Shown: positions 57,600 through 64,000 of the stretch, one piece after another
Layout of the letters: each line of letters opens with the position of its first letter
Numbering within the stretch: the first letter of the stretch is position 1
Assembly: GCA_001873215.1 (NCBI GenBank)
Contig: MNYS01000002.1
Coordinates: forward strand, 28,395-92,394
Origin: Candidatus Levybacteria bacterium CG2_30_37_29
Lineage (GTDB): Bacteria; Patescibacteriota; Microgenomatia; Levybacterales; GWA1-39-11
Length of the DNA: 64,000 bases
Direction: 5' to 3'
The notes under the pieces: model-generated
Seen by the model: only the letters and a program-made list of their open reading frames with translations
Database searches by the model: none
Told to the model about the DNA's origin: nothing
Position numbers and translations under genes: made by a program

Positions 57600-58349
57600 A
57601 TGCTTTCAATAATTATTCTTACAAAAAATTCTGAGGAAACTCTTGCAGATACAATAGAAAGCCTAAAGAATTTTGGTGACCAACTTATCGTTGTCGATTC
57701 AGGATCGGATGACAGAAGCGTTGAGGTTGCCAAGCATCTTGGAGCAACGGTTTTTAAAAATAAATTTGAGGACTTTTCTGCTCAAAGAAATTTTGCTATA
57801 TCAAAAGCAAATAATCCATGGGTTTTATACATAGATGACGATGAACAGATAACAGAAGAATTTAAAAAAGAAGTAAAAAATACAATTGCTGCTTATGATA
57901 AGAATTCCGAAATAGGTGGTTATTATATAAGGCGTAAAACTTTTTATTATGGAAAAGATTGGGGGTTTGCAGATAAAGTACAGCGCCTTTTTTATAAAGA
58001 AAAATTTACCCGGTGGCATGGGGTAGTTCACGAAACTCCAACAATAAAAGGTGCTTTTGGTGAAATTGAACGTCCTATTAATCATTACACGCATCGTAGT
58101 CTTTCACAAATGGTAGAAAAAACTAACGAATGGTCTGAATATGAAGCAGAGCTACGTATTAAAGCCGGGCATCCGGAGATGACGTGGTGGAGATTTTTTA
58201 GGGTCATAGTAACTGCATTTTTTAAATCGTATGTTTTTGAAAAAGGCTACAAAAACGGAACAGAAGGAATTATTGAGGCAATATACCAATCCTTTTCAAT
58301 TTTTATTACCTACGCTAAATTGTGGGAGATGCAAAGAGAGAAGAAATAA
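57600..58349 (+). CDS. GT2 glycosyltransferase
   Basis: LSIIILTKNSEETL...LIVVDSGSDD, YIDDDE (DxD). Confidence 0.75.
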   Translation: MLSIIILTKNSEETLADTIESLKNFGDQLIVVDSGSDDRSVEVAKHLGATVFKNKFEDFSAQRNFAISKANNPWVLYIDDDEQITEEFKKEVKNTIAAYDKNSEIGGYYIRRKTFYYGKDWGFADKVQRLFYKEKFTRWHGVVHETPTIKGAFGEIERPINHYTHRSLSQMVEKTNEWSEYEAELRIKAGHPEMTWWRFFRVIVTAFFKSYVFEKGYKNGTEGIIEAIYQSFSIFITYAKLWEMQREKK

Positions 58350-58353
58350 CTAC

Positions 58354-58641
58354 TTAATTTTTTACAAACCAGGAGCGAATTTCTCTAAAAGAGAGTTTTT
58401 TTTCTGAGAATTTGAAAAGGTAAACTATTTCAAGAATTCCAACAGTATTTAAAATAAGAAGAACGATAAACCAATTCCTTTGTTTGCTTTTTGCAGCTCT
58501 CCATAGCGAAAAACCCTTCCATAAAAGAGACCATACATAAAGACTAAGAAAAAGCAAAGAGTTTGGTTGCAATAAAGGATCAAAACCGTTCATGAAAAAA
58601 AGTTTATCATAGCTTTGAAAGATTATCAATACCTGATACAA
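58354..58641 (-). CDS. Small membrane protein (DUF5652-like, tentative)
   Basis: The only minus-strand gene in the 37-64 kb locus. Motif LWKGFSLWRAAKSKQRNWFIVLLILNTVGILEIVYL is typical of a small CPR membrane-protein family. Confidence 0.45.
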   Translation of the reverse strand: MYQVLIIFQSYDKLFFMNGFDPLLQPNSLLFLSLYVWSLLWKGFSLWRAAKSKQRNWFIVLLILNTVGILEIVYLFKFSEKKLSFREIRSWFVKN

Positions 58642-58650
58642 TAGCTTTAT

Positions 58651-59718
58651 ATGGTAAGTAGGCTTAAGATAGGGTTTTATTCTCCATATTTAGATACCCT
58701 TGGAGGAGGGGAAAAATACCTTTTCGATATTGCTGGTTACTTGTCTTCCAAGCACAACGTTTTTATATTCTGGGACAATAACCTTATTGCTTCCAAAGCG
58801 GAAAAAAGGTTTGATATAAAACTTAATCAAATACATTTTATTCCTAACATTTTTAATAAAAGAAACGCTTTTAAAACATCACTCAAATCACGTGATTTTG
58901 ATGTAATTTTTTATGTTAGCGACGGTAGTATACCGCTTCTTTTCTCAAAAAAAAACTTTGTAATTCTACAATTTCCGGTTAATTGGGTAAAGGTTAATCC
59001 TTTGCTTAAGCTAAAACTTTTACATGTAAACAAGCTTATTTGTTATTCGGAATTTGTAAAAAAAAGTTTGATTGAAAAATTTAAAAGAGAAACAATTGTG
59101 ATTCCTCCCTTTATTGACATAGTAAAAAAAGAAAAAACGAAAAAAGAAAATATTATTTTAAGCGTTGGTAGATTTACAAAAGCAATGAATACAAAAAAAC
59201 AAGAGGTATTAATTGATGTATTTAAGAAAATGTTTGAAAGTGGCCTAAAAGATTGGAAATTAATTCTTATTGGATCATACCGCGAAGAAGATGTTGATTA
59301 TTTTGAACAAATAAAAAAATTGGCTTCAGGATTTCCGATAGAAGTTTTGGGAAATATATCACACGATGAGCTTATCAACTACTATAATAAATCTAAAATC
59401 TACTGGCATGCTGCGGGGTACGGTGAAGACTTGGATACATATCCGGAGAAAGCAGAACACTTTGGAATTTCAACAGTTGAAGCAATGACTACGGGTAGTG
59501 TTCCGTTGGTTTTTAATGGTGGGGGGCAAAAAGAAATTGTTGAAGATAAAAAAGACGGTTTTTTATGGGAGAATACAGAGGAGCTTGCAGTCTTAACAAC
59601 AAAACTTATTAAAAGTCCAAATGTCTTTAGTGTTATGTCCAGTCAAGCAAAAAAAATTTCAGAACGGTTTTCTAAAGAAGTTTTTTGCAGAAGAATTGAA
59701 AATCTTGTCACTTCATGA
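58651..59718 (+). CDS. GT4 (GT-B fold, group 1) glycosyltransferase
   Basis: C-terminal EHFGISTVEAMTTGSVPLVFNGGGQKEIVEDKKDGFL (E-x7-E motif). Confidence 0.8.
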   Translation: MVSRLKIGFYSPYLDTLGGGEKYLFDIAGYLSSKHNVFIFWDNNLIASKAEKRFDIKLNQIHFIPNIFNKRNAFKTSLKSRDFDVIFYVSDGSIPLLFSKKNFVILQFPVNWVKVNPLLKLKLLHVNKLICYSEFVKKSLIEKFKRETIVIPPFIDIVKKEKTKKENIILSVGRFTKAMNTKKQEVLIDVFKKMFESGLKDWKLILIGSYREEDVDYFEQIKKLASGFPIEVLGNISHDELINYYNKSKIYWHAAGYGEDLDTYPEKAEHFGISTVEAMTTGSVPLVFNGGGQKEIVEDKKDGFLWENTEELAVLTTKLIKSPNVFSVMSSQAKKISERFSKEVFCRRIENLVTS

Positions 59719-61961
59719 AATTTATTAAGCGCTATTTTTTAATTTTTCTATTTACTCTAGCTTGTTCGTTATATTTTTATCCGACAATTGTAAAAGGGTT
59801 ATTGCCGATTCCATCAGATACGATTATAGGTCTTTATCATCCTTTCCGCGATTTTTATGCTAAAGAGTACCCACGCGGTATTCCATTTAAGAACTTCCTT
59901 ATTACGGATCCGGTAAGGCAAATAATTCCCTGGAAAGAACTGGTAATGGAAAGATTTGAGCATTTTCAACTTCCTTTATGGAATCCTTATGAGATGGCTG
60001 GAAAACCACTTCTTGCAAATTTTCAGTCAAGCCCGTTTTATCCATTAAACATCATTCTTTTGATAAAACCGTTTTATTTTTCATGGACAATTTTTATTCT
60101 TTCACAAATTGTTTTATCGGGGATATTTATTTATTTTTACCTAAGAAACTTAAGCCTTCATAAATACGCTTCGTTATTTGGGAGTTTTGCTTATTCATTT
60201 TCAGGTTTTTCAGTTGCCTGGTTTGAGTGGGGAAATATTGTACACACAGTACTTTGGCTTCCATTAATACTGTTATCGATAGATAAAGTATTTTCAAAAA
60301 CTAAAACAAAAAAAACTTGGGGCTTGGTATTTTTATTTGGATTATTATCGTCATTTTTCGCAGGGCACCTGCAAACATTTTTCTACATTTTTATTTTTAC
60401 CTTTTTTTACTTTTTTACAAGATGGATTCAAAATGGCAAGAAACGTAATGTTTTATTTATTTTTATATTACTTACCTGTTTGTTTTTAATAATAACTTCA
60501 GTTCAGTGGATTCCAACCCTACAATTCATTAACCTTTCTGCCAGAAGCGTTGATCATCTGGAATGGACAAAAGCGGGATGGTTTATCCCTTGGGAAAATC
60601 TTGCTCAATTCATCGCTCCTGATTTTTTTGGCAACCCGACAACTCTTAATTATTGGGGAGTATGGAATTATGGCGAATTTGTAGGCTACATCGGTCTCCT
60701 ACCTATTTTATTTGCATGTTTTGCTGTGGTTACAAGACGAGACAAAAAGACACTTTTTTTCGCAGGAGCTATTGTTTTATCCTTTCTTTTTGCTTTTCCA
60801 ACGATTTTTGGAAAGCTGCCATATATTCTAAATATACCTTTTATTTCTACCTCTCAGCCAACAAGACTTGTTGCAATAATCTGTTTTTCTCTTGCGGTCC
60901 TTTCGGCTTTGGGTTTTGACTATTATCTCAAAAATAAAAAAATTGTAAAAGGAAAAGCTATATTTGTTTTTTTTCTTTCAACTATTTTTTTGATTTGGCT
61001 TTTTACCGTAACTTTATTTGGCGATAAGTTATTTGCAATTTCTCCTGATTTTCTTGTTTTGGCAAAAAGAAATTTAATTTTTCCGTCTTTTGTTCTTGCT
61101 TGTTCTTTTATATTATTCTTTCTTTCTGTAACAAATAAAAATATACATTTAAAGAAACTTATTTTAATATTGGTTTTTGTCCTTATTGTGTTTGATCTTT
61201 TTAGATTTGCAAATAAATTTGAGCCATTTACTAAAAAAGAATATTTATTTCCGATAACACCTTCTATTAATTTTATTAAAAATGATAATAGTATTTTTAG
61301 AGTAGCATCAAATGATTCACGAATTCTTCCTCCAAATTTTGCAACACACTACAAAATACAATCGATAGAAGGGTATGACCCGTTATATTTGCTGAGATAC
61401 GCAGAATTTGTTGCGGCAATGGAAAGAAATACACCAAACATCTCTGCGCCTTTTGGCTTTAACAGAATAATTACTCCGCATAGTGTTTCTTCTTTGTTGG
61501 ATTTGTTAAACGTTAAGTATGTATTTTCTTTCAACGATATTTCTTCATCCCGATTTAAAAAAGTATTTAATGAAGGACAAACGCAAATATTCGAAAATAA
61601 AACAGTCTATCCAAGAGCATTTTTTGTGAAAAATATTATTAATGCAAATTCAAAAAAAGAAGTTATAGAGAAAGTTTTTGAATCAAATCTTCGAGAAACT
61701 GCGGTTGTTGAGGATTTTATAAATAAAGCAAATCTTTCGATTGGACAGGCAGAAATTTTAAGCTATCAGGAAGAAAAAATAGTTATCAGGACAAATAATT
61801 ATTCTAACGGATTTTTAGTTATAAGTGATGTATATTATCCAAATTGGAAAGCATTGATAGACAAAAAAGAGACAAAAATCTACATAACAGATTACGCATT
61901 TAGGGGTGTGTATGTTCCCAAAGGAAACCATATAATAGAAATGTACATGAGTATTTTTTAA
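59715..61961 (+). CDS. YfhO-family membrane protein, paralog 3
   Basis: ITDPVRQIIPWKELVMERFEHFQLPLWNPYEMAGKPLLANFQSSPFYP. C-terminal YYPNWKALIDK...AFRGVYVPKGNH. Confidence 0.7.
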   Translation: MKFIKRYFLIFLFTLACSLYFYPTIVKGLLPIPSDTIIGLYHPFRDFYAKEYPRGIPFKNFLITDPVRQIIPWKELVMERFEHFQLPLWNPYEMAGKPLLANFQSSPFYPLNIILLIKPFYFSWTIFILSQIVLSGIFIYFYLRNLSLHKYASLFGSFAYSFSGFSVAWFEWGNIVHTVLWLPLILLSIDKVFSKTKTKKTWGLVFLFGLLSSFFAGHLQTFFYIFIFTFFYFFTRWIQNGKKRNVLFIFILLTCLFLIITSVQWIPTLQFINLSARSVDHLEWTKAGWFIPWENLAQFIAPDFFGNPTTLNYWGVWNYGEFVGYIGLLPILFACFAVVTRRDKKTLFFAGAIVLSFLFAFPTIFGKLPYILNIPFISTSQPTRLVAIICFSLAVLSALGFDYYLKNKKIVKGKAIFVFFLSTIFLIWLFTVTLFGDKLFAISPDFLVLAKRNLIFPSFVLACSFILFFLSVTNKNIHLKKLILILVFVLIVFDLFRFANKFEPFTKKEYLFPITPSINFIKNDNSIFRVASNDSRILPPNFATHYKIQSIEGYDPLYLLRYAEFVAAMERNTPNISAPFGFNRIITPHSVSSLLDLLNVKYVFSFNDISSSRFKKVFNEGQTQIFENKTVYPRAFFVKNIINANSKKEVIEKVFESNLRETAVVEDFINKANLSIGQAEILSYQEEKIVIRTNNYSNGFLVISDVYYPNWKALIDKKETKIYITDYAFRGVYVPKGNHIIEMYMSIF

Positions 61962-61964
61962 ATT

Positions 61965-62921
61965 ATGGATACGCGGGCAATTGAAGTAATTATTCCTAAC
62001 TATAACGGTACAAGTCTTATTAAAAGAAATCTAGGCGCAGTTTTGGCTTCACTCTTTGAAGAAAAAAATGTAAAAGTTACGATTGTAGATGACGGTTCTG
62101 ATAAAAAACAGATTGAAGAGCTGGAAGAGTTATTATCTGAATTTAAAAAAAAATCAGATATAGAAATAACTCTTGTTAAAAAAAGCAAGAATGAAGGATT
62201 TTCTTCAACAGTAAATAAGGGTGCTTTTGCGTCAAGTGCTGATTTTTTAGTATTGTTAAATACTGATGTATCTCCCCAAAAAAACTTTTTAAAAATTGCG
62301 TTAAGCCATTTTGACCAGAACCCAAAACTTTTTGGAGTAGGGTGTTTGGATAAAAGTATTGAAGGAAGTAAAACTATATTACGAGGAAGAGGAATAGGGG
62401 ATTGGAAACGCGGATTTGTTGTGCATAAAAAAGGAGAGATTACAAGAAGTGATACGTTTTGGATTGGTGGAGGAAGCTCTATTATTAAAAAGAATTTATT
62501 TGTCCAGTTAGGAGGCTTTGATGAAATCTACAACCCTTTTTACTGGGAGGATATTGATCTTTCATACAGAGCTAAAAAAAGCGGTTACGAAATCATATTT
62601 GAAAAAGAAAGTGTTGTTGTGCATAGACACGCTGAAGGCGCGATTCAAACACATTACTCGCCTTTTAGGATAAAAACAATATCTTTTCGGAATCAATTTA
62701 TTTTTGTTTGGAAAAATATCGATGACGTAACACTTCTTGTAAATCATTTGGTCTGGCTTCCATATTATTTTTTAGTAGCCCTTTTGCACATGGATTTGGC
62801 TTTTTATGCCGGATTTATTCTTGCGATAAGCCGTTTTACTGATATAATAAAAAAAAGAAAAAAGCAAAAAGAACAGTATAAAAAAACTGATAGGCAACTT
62901 TTGAAGCCAGAAAACGCATGA
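61965..62921 (+). CDS. GT2 glycosyltransferase with C-terminal TM segment
   Basis: IEVIIPNYNG...VTIVDDGSD, LLNTDV (DxD). Confidence 0.75.
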   Translation: MDTRAIEVIIPNYNGTSLIKRNLGAVLASLFEEKNVKVTIVDDGSDKKQIEELEELLSEFKKKSDIEITLVKKSKNEGFSSTVNKGAFASSADFLVLLNTDVSPQKNFLKIALSHFDQNPKLFGVGCLDKSIEGSKTILRGRGIGDWKRGFVVHKKGEITRSDTFWIGGGSSIIKKNLFVQLGGFDEIYNPFYWEDIDLSYRAKKSGYEIIFEKESVVVHRHAEGAIQTHYSPFRIKTISFRNQFIFVWKNIDDVTLLVNHLVWLPYYFLVALLHMDLAFYAGFILAISRFTDIIKKRKKQKEQYKKTDRQLLKPENA

Positions 62922-63634
62922 AGTTATCAATTATTATTCCCGCTTTTAATGAAGAAAAAACTGTCGGAATTGTTTTGGATTCGATTATAAAACTTAAATT
63001 GCCAGGTATAGATAAAGAAATTATTGTTGTTGACGATGGATCAAGCGATAAGACTTCTGAAATTATTGAGAAAGTGAAAAAAAGGAATCCCGAATTAATT
63101 TTTTTAAATCACAAAAAAAACCAAGGTAAAGGTGCAGCAGTTGTAACGGGAATAAAAAATGCTAGAGGTGATTATATAGTTATTCAAGATGCGGATTCAG
63201 AATATGATCCAAAATATATAGCAAATCTTCTTGTTCCGATACAAAAAAAAGAAGCAGAAATAGTTTATGGAACCAGACTTAACCGTTTACCAAATCTTAA
63301 AGGCGAGGAGGCAAAACCGTTATTTGTTCTTCATTATTTGGGCAACAGGTTTTTAAGTTTTATTACAAGTATTTTATATGGACGGTGGGTTACCGATATG
63401 GAAACTTGTTATAAGTTATTTCCTAGAAGTGCTTTTGAAAATATTCGGCTTCGCGCAAAAGGATTTGAGCTAGAGCCTGAAATAACGGCAAAACTATTAA
63501 AATTAGGTCTTTCATTCAAAGAAGTTTCTATTACTGCGATTCCACGTGGATACAATGAAGGAAAAAAACTTAGCGCACTCCACGACGGTCCCCGTGCGCT
63601 TTGGGCATTGATTAAATATAGATTTGTTGATTAA
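62918..63634 (+). CDS. GT2 glycosyltransferase (polyprenyl-phosphate glycosyltransferase-like)
   Basis: LSIIIPAFNEEKT...IIVVDDGSSDKT, QDADSE (DxD), YGTRL. Confidence 0.8.
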   Translation: MKLSIIIPAFNEEKTVGIVLDSIIKLKLPGIDKEIIVVDDGSSDKTSEIIEKVKKRNPELIFLNHKKNQGKGAAVVTGIKNARGDYIVIQDADSEYDPKYIANLLVPIQKKEAEIVYGTRLNRLPNLKGEEAKPLFVLHYLGNRFLSFITSILYGRWVTDMETCYKLFPRSAFENIRLRAKGFELEPEITAKLLKLGLSFKEVSITAIPRGYNEGKKLSALHDGPRALWALIKYRFVD

Positions 63635-63640
63635 TTTATT

Positions 63641-64000
63641 ATGAATATACGCCTTGATACGATTTTACTTTTCGCTCTTCTTGTCCCATTTATAATGGCC
63701 AATCGCATAAGTCCCCAAGAGACTCCTTACTGGCTTTTTGGACTTATCTTTTTGGGTCTTTTATCAAACATCGTATTAGACATCATAAAGATTCAAAAGC
63801 CTTTATATAATAGGTTAAAACAAGGACTTCTATGGTGTTTAATTGCGGCAAGTATTGGGGCAGGATTCCTCTCGGCAATTATAGTAAGGCACAGAGTGGC
63901 CCCGACTTATATGATTCATGATATTGTTTTACAGCAGGAAGCATCAATTAGATTTTTTCTTGACGGAAAAAATCCATACAACACTTCATACTTTGGGACT
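63641..64000 (+). CDS. Membrane protein, 5' partial (continues beyond the window)
   Basis: ATG at 63641 with hydrophobic helices. Truncated by the window end. Confidence 0.4.
   Translation, partial: MNIRLDTILLFALLVPFIMANRISPQETPYWLFGLIFLGLLSNIVLDIIKIQKPLYNRLKQGLLWCLIAASIGAGFLSAIIVRHRVAPTYMIHDIVLQQEASIRFFLDGKNPYNTSYFGT

Noticed and set aside
1-64000. CRISPR arrays, rRNA genes, reverse transcriptase/DGR or retron elements
   Set aside because: Searched by eye for regularly spaced direct repeats, rRNA-like conserved blocks and RT motifs (YxDD). None were found. The only short repeats are those reported above.

Overview
AT-rich, gene-dense bacterial window with short proteins and reduced enzymes (CBS-less IMP dehydrogenase, short GluRS, archaeal-type short AspRS). 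The overall look is Candidate Phyla Radiation / Patescibacteria-like; this is inferred from gene content and base composition, not computed. Layout: (i) 1-15.8 kb is housekeeping: YqeY, CCA enzyme, RecJ, AspRS, D-Ala-D-Ala carboxypeptidase, GluRS, PAP2 phosphatase + DgkA, tRNA-binding protein, GuaA, GuaB, a methyltransferase and a hydrolase. (ii) About 16.2-27.4 kb is an integrated element ending at a tRNA-Gln(CTG) gene, with a large serine recombinase at its tRNA-proximal end. Its cargo looks defence- or accessory-like: an AbiV-like protein, a membrane-protein plus HslV/proteasome-like pair, an XRE-controlled operon with a membrane-anchored staphylococcal-nuclease/Excalibur protein, a standalone receiver domain and DUF5659. 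(iii) Lon protease, then a carbamoyltransferase with two tiny membrane proteins and an ATP-grasp enzyme. (iv) A short cassette bounded by a repeated palindromic motif, then a tRNA-Glu(CTC) gene with a duplicated and interrupted 5' half flanking a small GIY-YIG nuclease gene. (v) 37.2-64 kb is a very large glycosylation locus: seven GT2, one GT4, ArnT/PMT-like GT-C enzymes, a Wzx-like flippase, and tandem paralogous PTPS-related and YfhO membrane proteins. The most unusual signal is a perfect 20-nt GC-rich palindrome, CCTGCCTGCCGGCAGGCAGG, present three times (two perfect 20-mers and one 18/20 match). Each copy sits in the same reading frame inside a different unrelated gene (tRNA-binding protein, guaB, a GT2), adding the peptide (L/M)PAGRQ. 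It looks like a miniature stop-codon-free palindromic insertion element. No CRISPR array, rRNA or reverse transcriptase was seen.
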